This document shows positions 40,401 through 55,400 of a DNA stretch of 64,000 bases, in pieces. Position 1 is the stretch's first letter; each line of letters starts with the position of its first letter. The translations under genes were made by a program, and so were the position numbers. Source of the stretch: Torpedo marmorata (taxonomy: Eukaryota); assembly GCA_977017645.1 (NCBI GenBank), contig OZ360241.1, forward strand, positions 34,100,001 to 34,164,000, written 5' to 3'. Under the pieces are notes generated by a model. That model ran no database searches and was not told the DNA's origin. It saw only the letters and a program-made list of their open reading frames with translations.

Positions 40401-43400
40401 TGAGAAATATGCATTATCTTCCTCATTGTTCAATTAACTAATCTATCCAATAAGCGTCAGGATGGAGGGATCCATCATGTGTTCGGTTCTGAAACGTTGA
40501 CTGACCACATCTCTCCATGGATGCTGCCTGACCCACGGAGTCCCTCCAGCTCCTCTTTGTTCACTCAAGATTCCAGCATCTGCAGTGTTTGTGCATCTCT
40601 TCATCGGGAATCTCATCCTTGTCTCGGTGTTTCCTTCTGTACAATTATTTTGTTTCATTTCATTTACTTTCTCCAATGTGTTTGACCTGACTTCTCTGAA
40701 ATTTCACTCCTCTCTTAAATGGTTGATTGCTTCAGAATTAATTATCATTTCTGGATTTACTTTCCAATCTTTAATATAACTTTAAAATATTTCTCCATCT
40801 GCTTCCTTTACATATTTCCAAAAGTTCCTACATTAACAATTTTCATTAATAAATTAAAAATCGGATGCATGCCACATTATTATTTACTTTCCTGCCTCCA
40901 AGGGACATTAAAAACTTCCAGCTAAGCATTTTTTTTTCATCAGACTCTGCTACTTACTCCAACTTTCTCTTTCAAATACCATACTTTTTATTATTGAATG
41001 TTATTTTTAATAGATTGGAAATTTCTAGTTATAATTAAGCTTTTATATTTATTTTTGACTTTTAAGTTAACATTTTAAATTTTGGTTTAAGTTAGCGTTT
41101 AAATTCACTGGTACCATATCTCCATATCATTTATAAAGTGATCCAATTATAATAATTAGCATTACTGTAACAGCAAATTTAAATCAGGGCTCATGAAAAA
41201 TAGAGAACTCCAAATGTGATAAATCTGAAATAAAAATTGAGCATGTTTAAACAGTCAACAGATCAAGTAACACATGTGGAAAGAGAAAAGAAAGATCTTC
41301 CACCTAACATGCAATGCGAAAAAGTGCTGGAGAAACACAGCAGGTCACGCAGAATCCATGTGAAGTAAAGTGTAAACAATGTTTCAGGCCTGGGCCCTTC
41401 ATCAGGAATCGTTGGTTACCCGTTACTTTCTTTGGATGCTGTGTGGCCTGCTGAGTTTGCGTTCTGCACTCAATTCCAGCATCCGCAGATTTTCTTGTTT
41501 CGCCCCAATCTTCCACCTGAAGCATTTTTCCACAGATGTTGCTGTGTTTCCAGCATTTTTGGTTTTATTATAAAACATGGCCATATTTGAGAATATAACC
41601 AGTGTATCATAATGACATCTTTATTCCCACAATCAGTAATGATCTATCCACTAAGCCATCAGATTTTGTGCATAAAATTGTCGAATATTTAAGTTTTGAA
41701 AACCATCCTTAAATAAAATCAACCACCTAGAAAGTGCATGAATGTAATTAGTTAAATAATTTTCATTTTAATATCCTCCAGTTTTTCCTCTATTTCATAA
41801 TTATCATAATCACCAATTCTGATGAAGTCTCCTTCACCAGAAGTGCTGTTTCTCTTCCCTCTGCTGCTGTCTGACCTGCGAACTAAAAGAGTGCAGCATT
41901 TTCTGTTTTAGTTTTCCAGGATCTACAGTTTTATGCTCCAAATAAAATGTTCTTGTTTGGCAGTGCTACAAGCAGTCACAAGACCAAAGTGCATGCAGTC
42001 TGTACATTCAACAATACTTCTGCTGCGGAGAATGTGGATAGAGTAATGGTGTATCATCAGATCAGTAACAAGACAAAGAACATCAGTGTTTTGGGACCCT
42101 ATACTCTGGACAACAACAGCCTCCATGTAAATGGTACGAAATACCTGGTCTTTTTTTGCATTATATCCTGGAAACCATATTGTAACCTCAGATAATATAT
42201 TAATGTGTTGAATCATTTTTACTCTTATATTTCCAAATGGAATTCTTGCATTAATCAGTGATCCTTAATTCCCGACTCCGTAACCAGCAAAAACATATCC
42301 TACCAATTCCATGAGTCCTCCTACTGCCTTGATATGGCAATCAAATCAAACCTTGACCTTTTTGTTTGTGTAATCTCTATCTATAAACTAACCCCAGAAG
42401 TCAGGTTTCATTCCAGTAAAAATGTGTTTTTTCCCAATCAAGGTGAATATAACCCTGAATATAACTTTTGCAAGGTGTAGTTAGTGTTTTCAAAAATCTC
42501 GGCATTGTCCAACCATGGATTTGCACAATAAAGCACAACTTCTATCCCCTGTGTTCTAGTTTTCTGCATATAAAAGTATCACTGGCCTTACCTCTTATTA
42601 TCTGTTCTTGCCCATAACATTTGAAGTAGGCCGAGGTAGATGAACAACAAAACAATACTGCTGCAGAGAAGGTGGATGGAGTTACCTTGTACCATCAGTT
42701 CAGTAGCAACACAGAGAACATCATGAAATATGGATCTTATATTCTGAATGAAAATAGTCTCGACGAAGATAGTACGAAATTTCTTATCATTCTACATATT
42801 ACAGCAAAGCTTGTTCCAGAATATGTCCAGCAATGTGCCTTTCATTAAACTGTGTGCTGATTTGGTAGTGTTACCTTCCAACTGAATCCCCTTGAATTCC
42901 ACTTCCCCACTGGGAGTGCAGTGCTGCATTATTCGTGTGAAAGAAAGGGCTAGTGCAGGTTGGGAAACTTGACTTTTACAAGCAAACTGAATTAAAAACT
43001 ACTGATGCCAACTGAGAGCAACGTTCAGTATAAGCAAAGTTGCGAGAGTTTCCAATAAACAAGACTGGTACCCCGTTTACACAGAGATCCCACTTAGTTG
43101 CATGTGACCGACCCATGTTTAAAGCCAGGTCGGGTCGTACACACTTAATGAAGGAAAGCTATTGACGAATTCATCAGACACTTCATAAGGAATGTAAAAA
43201 CAATTAAACCAGCTTGTCTGCTTTCTACTGTACAATATAAAAATGAACTTGTAACTGCTGAAATTTAGAGTTGGTGGTGGTTTAGGCCACTGCAGGCTCT
43301 CCATGATATCATTTTAATAAACTCGAGGAGCGAACCTCGATGTATATGTTTTTGAGTGAATTTGTGCAACAATTCATTTGAGCTTTTTAACATGTGCACA

Positions 43401-46400
43401 AAGTCTTCTTGGTTTGATAGAATTAGTGCACCAAATGTAGAAAGTGTTTGACATCAGATTCAGGACAGCTGTAATTAATGGCATAATGCTGTTGTCTTTT
43501 CAGATTATCATGAATCAACACCTACAACCAGTGAGTATGATTTGTGTTGCTTTCATGTATTAATGCTTCCATACTTTCATTTAAGCAGCACTCCTGATTG
43601 ATGATGTATGTTGTTTCCCCTTATAGCTCCATGTGAATTGGATTTTGCTCTCTTGTGTGTCGAACAACCACTCAGTTAGATTATAGTTTGAAAGTGCCAA
43701 ACAAAGCCGCAATGCAACAAGGTTGCTAATTTCATTTTTCTTTTTGGCAGAAGTACCAAATAAAAGTGAATCTCCTGAATTTAATGTGACCTTCACTATA
43801 ACAAACTTGCCCTACATGGAGTCACTTCAGAACCCGGCGACACCCTTGTTCCAATCAACTTCACAAACAATTACTGAACAGGTAAATAAATGATCAGAGC
43901 AATATTCATTAAAATTAATCGTCATTTAATATATTCAGCTCATTGACATTCTCAAAATATCTTTCTTTCAGCTCACTAACCTACTTAATAACAGCGATAT
44001 AAATACAACTTTTATAGACTGCAACACAATCTCCTTCAGGTGAGAAATATGCATTATCTTCCTCATTGTTCAATTAACTAATCTATCCAATAAGCGTCAG
44101 GATGGAGGGATCCATCATGTGTTCGGTTCTGAAACGTTGACTGACCACATCTCTCCATGGATGCTGCCTGACCCACGGAGTCCCTCCAGCTCCTCTTTGT
44201 TCACTCAAGATTCCAGCATCTGCAGTGTTTGTGCATCTCTTCATCGGGAATCTCATCCTTGTCTCGGTGTTTCCTTCTGTACAATTATTTTGTTTCATTT
44301 CATTTACTTTCTCCAATGTGTTTGACCTGACTTCTCTGAAATTTCACTCCTCTCTTAAATGGTTGATTGCTTCAGAATTAATTATCATTTCTGGATTTAC
44401 TTTCCAATCTTTAATATAACTTTAAAATATTTCTCCATCTGCTTCCTTTACATATTTCCAAAAGTTCCTACATTAACAATTTTCATTAATAAATTAAAAA
44501 TCGGATGCATGCCACATTATTATTTACTTTCCTGCCTCCAAGGGACATTAAAAACTTCCAGCTGAGCATTTTTTTTTCATCAGACTCTGCTACTTACTCC
44601 AACTTTCTCTTTCAAATACCATACTTTTTATTATTGAATGTTATTTTTAATAGATTGGAAATTTCTAGTTATAATTAAGCTTTTATATTTATTTTTGACT
44701 TTTAAGTTAACATTTTAAATTTTGGTTTAAGTTAGCGTTTAAATTCACTGGTACCATATCTCCATATCATTTATAAAGTGATCCAATTATAATAATTAGC
44801 ATTACTGTAACAGCAAATTTAAATCAGGGCTCATGAAAAATAGAGAACTCCAAATGTGATAAATCTGAAATAAAAATTGAGCATGTTTAAACAGTCAACA
44901 GATCAAGTAACACATGTGGAAAGAGAAAAGAAAGATCTTCCACCTAACATGCAATGCGAAAAAGTGCTGGAGAAACACAGCAGGTCACGCAGAATCCATG
45001 TGAAGTAAAGTGTAAACAATGTTTCAGGCCTGGGCCCTTCATCAGGAATCGTTGGTTACCCGTTACTTTCTTTGGATGCTGTGTGGCCTGCTGAGTTTGC
45101 GTTCTGCACTCAATTCCAGCATCCGCAGATTTTCTTGTTTCGCCCCAATCTTCCACCTGAAGCATTTTTCCACAGATGTTGCTGTGTTTCCAGCATTTTT
45201 GGTTTTATTATAAAACATGGCCATATTTGAGAATATAACCAGTGTATCATAATGACATCTTTATTCCCACAATCAGTAATGATCTATCCACTAAGCCATC
45301 AGATTTTGTGCATAAAATTGTCAAATATTTAAGTTTTGAAAACCATCCTTAAATAAAATCAACCACCTAGAAAGTGCATGAATGTAATTAGTTAAATAAT
45401 TTTCATTTTAATATCCTCCAGTTTTTCCTCTATTTCATAATTATCATAATCACCAATTCTGATGAAGTCTCCTTCACCAGAAGTGCTGTTTCTCTTCCCT
45501 CTGCTGCTGTCTGACCTGCGAACTAAAAGAGTGCAGCATTTTCTGTTTTAGTTTTCCAGGATCTACAGTTTTATGCTCCAAATAAAATGTTCTTGTTTGG
45601 CAGTGCTACAAGCAGTCACAAGACCAAAGTGCATGCAGTCTGTACATTCAACAATACTTCTGCTGCGGAGAATGTGGATAGAGTAATGGTGTATCATCAG
45701 ATCAGTAACAAGACAAAGAACATCAGTGTTTTGGGACCCTATACTCTGGACAACAACAGCCTCCATGTAAATGGTACGAAATACCTGGTCTTTTTTTGCA
45801 TTATATCCTGGAAACCATATTGTAACCTCAGATAATATATTAATGTGTTGAATCATTTTTACTCTTATATTTCCAAATGGAATTCTTGCATTAATCAGTG
45901 ATCCTTAATTCCAGACTCCGTAACCAGCAAAAACATATCCTACCAATTCCATGAGTCCTCCTACTGCCTTGATATGGCAATCAAATCAAACCTTGACCTT
46001 TTTGTTTGTGTAATCTCTATCTATAAACTAACCCCAGAAGTCAGGTTTCATTCCAGTAAAAATGTGTTTTTTCCCAATCAAGGTGAATATAACCCTGAAT
46101 ATAACTTTTGCAAGGTGTAGTTAGTGTTTTCAAAAATCTCGGCATTGTCCAACCATGGATTTGCACAATAAAGCACAACTTCTATCCCCTGTGTTCTAGT
46201 TTTCTGCATATAAAAGTATCACTGGCCTTACCTCTTATTATCGGTTCTTGCCCATAACATTTGAAGTAGGCCGAGGTAGATGAACAACAAAACAATACTG
46301 CTGCAGAGAAGGTGGATGGAGTTACCTTGTACCATCAGTTCAGTAGCAACACAGAGAACATCATGAAATATGGATCTTATATTCTGAATGAAAATAGTCT

Positions 46401-49400
46401 CGACGAAGATAGTACGAAATTTCTTATCATTCTACATATTACAGCAAAGCTTGTTCCAGAATATGTCCAGCAATGTGCCTTTCATTAAACTGTGTGCTGA
46501 TTTGGTAGTGTTACCTTCCAACTGAATCCCCTTGAATTCCACTTCCCCACTGGGAGTGCAGTGCTGCATTATTCGTGTGAAAGAAAGGGCTAGTGCAGGT
46601 TGGGAAACTTGACTTTTACAAGCAAACTGAATTAAAAACTACTGATGCCAACTGAGAGCAACGTTCAGTATAAGCAAAGTTGCGAGAGTTTCCAATAAAC
46701 AAGACTGGTACCCCGTTTACACAGAGATCCCACTTAGTTGCATGTGAACGACCCATGTTTAAAGCCAGGTCGGGTCGTACACACTTAATGAAGGAAAGCT
46801 ATTGACGAATTCATCAGACACTTCATAAGGAATGTAAAAACAATTAAACCAGCTTGTCTGCTTTCTACTGTACAATATAAAAATGAACTTGTAACTGCTG
46901 AAATTTAGAGTTGGTGGTGGTTTAGGCCACTGCAGGCTCTCCATGATATCATTTTAATAAACTCGAGGAGCGAACCTCGATGTATATGTTTTTGAGTGAA
47001 TTTGTGCAACAATTCATTTGAGCTTTTTAACATGTGCACAAAGTCTTCTTGGTTTGATAGAATTAGTGCACCAAATGTAGAAAGTGTTTGACATCAGATT
47101 CAGGACAGCTGTAATTAATGGCATAATGCTGTTGTCTTTTCACATTATCATGAATCAACACCTACAACCAGTGAGTATGATTTGTGTTGCTTTCATGTAT
47201 TAATGCTTCCATACTTTCATTTAAGCAGCAATCCTGATTGATGATGTATGTTGTTTCCCCTTATAGCTCCATGTGAATTGGATTTTGCTCTCTTGTGTGT
47301 CGAACAACCATTCAGTTAGATTATAGTTTGAAAGTGCCAAACAAAGCAGCAATGCAACAAGGTTGCTAATTTCATTTTTCTTTTTGGCAGAAGTACCAAA
47401 TAAAAGTGAATCTCCTGAATTTAATGTGACCTTCACTATAACAAACTTGCCCTACATGGAGTCACTTCAGAACCCGGCGACACCCTTGTTCCAATCAACT
47501 TCACAAACAATTACTGAACAGGTAAATGATCAAAGCAATATTCATTAAAATTAATCGTCATTTAATATATTCAGCTCATTGACATTCTCAAAATATCTTT
47601 CTTTCAGCTCACTAACCTACTTAATAACAGCGATATAAATACAACTTTTATAGACTGCAACACAATCTCCTTCAGGTGAGAAATATGCATTATCTTCCTC
47701 ATTGTTCAATTAACTAATCTATCCAATAAGCGTCAGGATGGAGGGATCCATCATGTGTTCGGTTCTGAAACGTTGACTGACCACATCTCTCCATGGATGC
47801 TGCCTGACCCACGGAGTCCCTCCAGCTCCTCTTTGTTCACTCAAGATTCCAGCATCTGCAGTGTTTGTGCATCTCTTCATCGGGAATCTCATCCTTGTCT
47901 CGGTGTTTCCTTCTGTACAATTATTTTGTTTCATTTCATTTACTTTCTCCAATGTGTTTGACCTGACTTCTCTGAAATTTCACTCCTCTCTTAAATGGTT
48001 GATTGCTTCAGAATTAATTATCATTTCTGGATTTACTTTCCAATCTTTAATATAACTTTAAAATATTTCTCCATCTGCTTCCTTTACATATTTCCAAAAG
48101 TTCCTACATTAACAATTTTCATTAATAAATTAAAAATCGGATGCATGCCACATTATTATTTACTTTCCTGCCTCCAAGGGACATTAAAAACTTCCAGCTG
48201 AGCATTTTTTTTTCATCAGACTCTGCTACTTACTCCAACTTTCTCTTTCAAATACCATACTTTTTATTATTGAATGTTATTTTTAATAGATTGGAAATTT
48301 CTAGTTATAATTAAGCTTTTATATTTATTTTTGACTTTTAAGTTAACATTTTAAATTTTGGTTTAAGTTAGCGTTTAAATTCACTGGTACCATATCTCCA
48401 TATCATTTATAAAGTGATCCAATTATAATAATTAGCATTACTGTAACAGCAAATTTAAATCAGGGCTCATGAAAAATAGAGAACTCCAAATGTGATAAAT
48501 CTGAAATAAAAATTGAGCATGTTTAAACAGTCAACAGATCAAGTAACACATGTGGAAAGAGAAAAGAAAGATCTTCCACCTAACATGCAATGCGAAAAAG
48601 TGCTGGAGAAACACAGCAGGTCACGCAGAATCCATGTGAAGTAAAGTGTAAACAATGTTTCAGGCCTGGGCCCTTCATCAGGAATCGTTGGTTACCCGTT
48701 ACTTTCTTTGGATGCTGTGTGGCCTGCTGAGTTTGCGTTCTGCACTCAATTCCAGCATCCGCAGATTTTCTTGTTTCGCCCCAATCTTCCACCTGAAGCA
48801 TTTTTCCACAGATGTTGCTGTGTTTCCAGCATTTTTGGTTTTATTATAAAACATGGCCATATTTGAGAATATAACCAGTGTATCATAATGACATCTTTAT
48901 TCCCACAATCAGTAATGATCTATCCACTAAGCCATCAGATTTTGTGCATAAAATTGTCAAATATTTAAGTTTTGAAAACCATCCTTAAATAAAATCAACC
49001 ACCTAGAAAGTGCATGAATGTAATTAGTTAAATAATTTTCATTTTAATATCCTCCAGTTTTTCCTCTATTTCATAATTATCATAATCACCAATTCTGATG
49101 AAGTCTCCTTCACCAGAAGTGCTGTTTCTCTTCCCTCTGCTGCTGTCTGACCTGCGAACTAAAAGAGTGCAGCATTTTCTGTTTTAGTTTTCCAGGATCT
49201 ACAGTTTTATGCTCCAAATAAAATGTTCTTGTTTGGCAGTGCTACAAGCAGTCACAAGACCAAAGTGCATGCAGTCTGTACATTCAACAATACTTCTGCT
49301 GCGGAGAATGTGGATAGAGTAATGGTGTATCATCAGATCAGTAACAAGACAAAGAACATCAGTGTTTTGGGACCCTATACTCTGGACAACAACAGCCTCC

Positions 49401-52400
49401 ATGTAAATGGTACGAAATACCTGGTCTTTTTTTGCATTATATCCTGGAAACCATATTGTAACCTCAGATAATATATTAATGTGTTGAATCATTTTTACTC
49501 TTATATTTCCAAATGGAATTCTTGCATTAATCAGTGATCCTTAATTCCAGACTCCGTAACCAGCAAAAACATATCCTACCAATTCCATGAGTCCTCCTAC
49601 TGCCTTGATATGGCAATCAAATCAAACCTTGACCTTTTTGTTTGTGTAATCTCTATCTATAAACTAACCCCAGAAGTCAGGTTTCATTCCAGTAAAAATG
49701 TGTTTTTTCCCAATCAAGGTGAATATAACCCTGAATATAACTTTTGCAAGGTGTAGTTAGTGTTTTCAAAAATCTCGGCATTGTCCAACCATGGATTTGC
49801 ACAATAAAGCACAACTTCTATCCCCTGTGTTCTAGTTTTCTGCATATAAAAGTATCACTGGCCTTACCTCTTATTATCGGTTCTTGCCCATAACATTTGA
49901 AGTAGGCCGAGGTAGATGAACAACAAAACAATACTGCTGCAGAGAAGGTGGATGGAGTTACCTTGTACCATCAGTTCAGTAGCAACACAGAGAACATCAT
50001 GAAATATGGATCTTATATTCTGAATGAAAATAGTCTCGACGAAGATAGTACGAAATTTCTTATCATTCTACATATTACAGCAAAGCTTGTTCCAGAATAT
50101 GTCCAGCAATGTGCCTTTCATTAAACTGTGTGCTGATTTGGTAGTGTTACCTTCCAACTGAATCCCCTTGAATTCCACTTCCCCACTGGGAGTGCAGTGC
50201 TGCATTATTCGTGTGAAAGAAAGGGCTAGTGCAGGTTGGGAAACTTGACTTTTACAAGCAAACTGAATTAAAAACTACTGATGCCAACTGAGAGCAACGT
50301 TCAGTATAAGCAAAGTTGCGAGAGTTTCCAATAAACAAGACTGGTACCCCGTTTACACAGAGATCCCACTTAGTTGCATGTGAACGACCCATGTTTAAAG
50401 CCAGGTCGGGTCGTACACACTTAATGAAGGAAAGCTATTGACGAATTCATCAGACACTTCATAAGGAATGTAAAAACAATTAAACCAGCTTGTCTGCTTT
50501 CTACTGTACAATATAAAAATGAACTTGTAACTGCTGAAATTTAGAGTTGGTGGTGGTTTAGGCCACTGCAGGCTCTCCATGATATCATTTTAATAAACTC
50601 GAGGAGCGAACCTCGATGTATATGTTTTTGAGTGAATTTGTGCAACAATTCATTTGAGCTTTTTAACATGTGCACAAAGTCTTCTTGGTTTGATAGAATT
50701 AGTGCACCAAATGTAGAAAGTGTTTGACATCAGATTCAGGACAGCTGTAATTAATGGCATAATGCTGTTGTCTTTTCAGATTATCATGAATCAACACCTA
50801 CAACCAGTGAGTATGATTTGTGTTGCTTTCATGTATTAATGCTTCCATACTTTCATTTAAGCAGCACTCCTGATTGATGATGTATGTTGTTTCCCCTTAT
50901 AGCTCCATGTGAATTGGATTTTGCTCTCTTGTGTGTCGAACAACCACTCAGTTAGATTATAGTTTGAAAGTGCCAAACAAAGCCGCAATGCAACAAGGTT
51001 GCTAATTTCATTTTTCTTTTTGGCAGAAGTACCAAATAAAAGTGAATCTCCTGAATTTAATGTGACCTTCACTATAACAAACTTGCCCTACATGGAGTCA
51101 CTTCAGAACCCGGCGACACCCTTGTTCCAATCAACTTCACAAACAATTACTGAACAGGTAAATAAATGATCAAAGCAATATTCATTAAAATTAATCGTCA
51201 TTTAATATATTCAGCTCATTGACATTCTCAAAATATCTTTCTTTCAGCTCACTAACCTACTTAATAACAGCGATATAAATACAACTTTTATAGACTGCAA
51301 CACAATCTCCTTCAGGTGAGAAATATGCATTATCTTCCTCATTGTTCAATTAACTAATCTATCCAATAAGCGTCAGGATGGAGGGATCCATCATGTGTTC
51401 GGTTCTGAAACGTTGACTGACCACATCTCTCCATGGATGCTGCCTGACCCACGGAGTCCCTCCAGCTCCTCTTTGTTCACTCAAGATTCCAGCATCTGCA
51501 GTGTTTGTGCATCTCTTCATCGGGAATCTCATCCTTGTCTCGGTGTTTCCTTCTGTACAATTATTTTGTTTCATTTCATTTACTTTCTCCAATGTGTTTG
51601 ACCTGACTTCTCTGAAATTTCACTCCTCTCTTAAATGGTTGATTGCTTCAGAATTAATTATCATTTCTGGATTTACTTTCCAATCTTTAATATAACTTTA
51701 AAATATTTCTCCATCTGCTTCCTTTACATATTTCCAAAAGTTCCTACATTAACAATTTTCATTAATAAATTAAAAATCGGATGCATGCCACATTATTATT
51801 TACTTTCCTGCCTCCAAGGGACATTAAAAACTTCCAGCTAAGCATTTTTTTTTCATCAGACTCTGCTACTTACTCCAACTTTCTCTTTCAAATACCATAC
51901 TTTTTATTATTGAATGTTATTTTTAATAGATTGGAAATTTCTAGTTATAATTAAGCTTTTATATTTATTTTTGACTTTTAAGTTAACATTTTAAATTTTG
52001 GTTTAAGTTAGCGTTTAAATTCACTGGTACCATATCTCCATATCATTTATAAAGTGATCCAATTATAATAATTAGCATTACTGTAACAGCAAATTTAAAT
52101 CAGGGCTCATGAAAAATAGAGAACTCCAAATGTGATAAATCTGAAATAAAAATTGAGCATGTTTAAACAGTCAACAGATCAAGTAACACATGTGGAAAGA
52201 GAAAAGAAAGATCTTCCACCTAACATGCAATGCGAAAAAGTGCTGGAGAAACACAGCAGGTCACGCAGAATCCATGTGAAGTAAAGTGTAAACAATGTTT
52301 CAGGCCTGGGCCCTTCATCAGGAATCGTTGGTTACCCGTTACTTTCTTTGGATGCTGTGTGGCCTGCTGAGTTTGCGTTCTGCACTCAATTCCAGCATCC

Positions 52401-55400
52401 GCAGATTTTCTTGTTTCGCCCCAATCTTCCACCTGAAGCATTTTTCCACAGATGTTGCTGTGTTTCCAGCATTTTTGGTTTTATTATAAAACATGGCCAT
52501 ATTTGAGAATATAACCAGTGTATCATAATGACATCTTTATTCCCACAATCAGTAATGATCTATCCACTAAGCCATCAGATTTTGTGCATAAAATTGTCAA
52601 ATATTTAAGTTTTGAAAACCATCCTTAAATAAAATCAACCACCTAGAAAGTGCATGAATGTAATTAGTTAAATAATTTTCATTTTAATATCCTCCAGTTT
52701 TTCCTCTATTTCATAATTATCATAATCACCAATTCTGATGAAGTCTCCTTCACCAGAAGTGCTGTTTCTCTTCCCTGTGCTGCTGTCTGACCTGCGAACT
52801 AAAAGAGTGCAGCATTTTCTGTTTTAGTTTTCCAGGATCTACAGTTTTATGCTCCAAATAAAATGTTCTTGTTTGGCAGTGCTACAAGCAGTCACAAGAC
52901 CAAAGTGCATGCAGTCTGTACATTCAACAATACTTCTGCTGCGGAGAATGTGGATAGAGTAATGGTGTATCATCAGATCAGTAACAAGACAAAGAACATC
53001 AGTGTTTTGGGACCCTATACTCTGGACAACAACAGCCTCCATGTAAATGGTACGAAATACCTGGTCTTTTTTTGCATTATATCCTGGAAACCATATTGTA
53101 ACCTCAGATAATATATTAATGTGTTGAATCATTTTTACTCTTATATTTCCAAATGGAATTCTTGCATTAATCAGTGATCCTTAATTCCCGACTCCGTAAC
53201 CAGCAAAAACATATCCTACCAATTCCATGAGTCCTCCTACTGCCTTGATATGGCAATCAAATCAAACCTTGACCTTTTTGTTTGTGTAATCTCTATCTAT
53301 AAACTAACCCCAGAAGTCAGGTTTCATTCCAGTAAAAATGTGTTTTTTCCCAATCAAGGTGAATATAACCCTGAATATAACTTTTGCAAGGTGTAGTTAG
53401 TGTTTTCAAAAATCTCGGCATTGTCCAACCATGGATTTGCACAATAAAGCACAACTTCTATCCCCTGTGTTCTAGTTTTCTGCATATAAAAGTATCACTG
53501 GCCTTACCTCTTATTATCTGTTCTTGCCCATAACATTTGAAGTAGGCCGAGGTAGATGAACAACAAAACAATACTGCTGCAGAGAAGGTGGATGGAGTTA
53601 CCTTGTACCATCAGTTCAGTAGCAACACAGAGAACATCATGAAATATGGATCTTATATTCTGAATGAAAATAGTCTCGACGAAGATAGTACGAAATTTCT
53701 TATCATTCTACATATTACAGCAAAGCTTGTTCCAGAATATGTCCAGCAATGTGCCTTTCATTAAACTGTGTGCTGATTTGGTAGTGTTACCTTCCAACTG
53801 AATCCCCTTGAATTCCACTTCCCCACTGGGAGTGCAGTGCTGCATTATTCGTGTGAAAGAAAGGGCTAGTGCAGGTTGGGAAACTTGACTTTTACAAGCA
53901 AACTGAATTAAAAACTACTGATGCCAACTGAGAGCAACGTTCAGTATAAGCAAAGTTGCGAGAGTTTCCAATAAACAAGACTGGTACCCCGTTTACACAG
54001 AGATCCCACTTAGTTGCATGTGAACGACCCGTGTTTAAAGCCAGGTCGGGTCGTACACACTTAATGAAGGAAAGCTATTGACGAATTCATCAGACACTTC
54101 ATAAGGAATGTAAAAACAATTAAACCAGCTTGTCTGCTTTCTACTGTACAATATAAAAATGAACTTGTAACTGCTGAAATTTAGAGTTGGTGGTGGTTTA
54201 GGCCACTGCAGGCTCTCCATGATATCATTTTAATAAACTCGAGGAGCGAACCTCGATGTATATGTTTTTGAGTGAATTTGTGCAACAATTCATTTGAGCT
54301 TTTTAACATGTGCACAAAGTCTTCTTGGTTTGATAGAATTAGTGCACCAAATGTAGAAAGTGTTTGACATCAGATTCAGGACAGCTGTAATTAATGGCAT
54401 AATGCTGTTGTCTTTTCAGATTATCATGAATCAACACCTACAACCAGTGAGTATGATTTGTGTTGCTTTCATGTATTAATGCTTCCATACTTTCATTTAA
54501 GCAGCACTCCTGATTGATGATGTATGTTGTTTCCCCTTATAGCTCCATGTGAATTGGATTTTGCTCTCTTGTGTGTCGAACAACCACTCAGTTAGATTAT
54601 AGTTTGAAAGTGCCAAACAAAGCCGCAATGCAACAAGGTTGCTAATTTCATTTTTCTTTTTGGCAGAAGTACCAAATAAAAGTGAATCTCCTGAATTTAA
54701 TGTGACCTTCACTATAACAAACTTGCCCTACATGGAGTCACTTCAGAACCCGGCGACACCCTTGTTCCAATCAACTTCACAAACAATTACTGAACAGGTA
54801 AATAAATGATCAAAGCAATATTCATTAAAATTAATCGTCATTTAATATATTCAGCTCATTGACATTCTCAAAATATCTTTCTTTCAGCTCACTAACCTAC
54901 TTAATAACAGCGATATAAATACAACTTTTATAGACTGCAACACAATCTCCTTCAGGTGAGAAATATGCATTATCTTCCTCATTGTTCAATTAACTAATCT
55001 ATCCAATAAGCGTCAGGATGGAGGGATCCATCATGTGTTCGGTTCTGAAACGTTGACTGACCACATCTCTCCATGGATGCTGCCTGACCCACGGAGTCCC
55101 TCCAGCTCCTCTTTGTTCACTCAAGATTCCAGCATCTGCAGTGTTTGTGCATCTCTTCATCGGGAATCTCATCCTTGTCTCGGTGTTTCCTTCTGTACAA
55201 TTATTTTGTTTCATTTCATTTACTTTCTCCAATGTGTTTGACCTGACTTCTCTGAAATTTCACTCCTCTCTTAAATGGTTGATTGCTTCAGAATTAATTA
55301 TCATTTCTGGATTTACTTTCCAATCTTTAATATAACTTTAAAATATTTCTCCATCTGCTTCCTTTACATATTTCCAAAAGTTCCTACATTAACAATTTTC

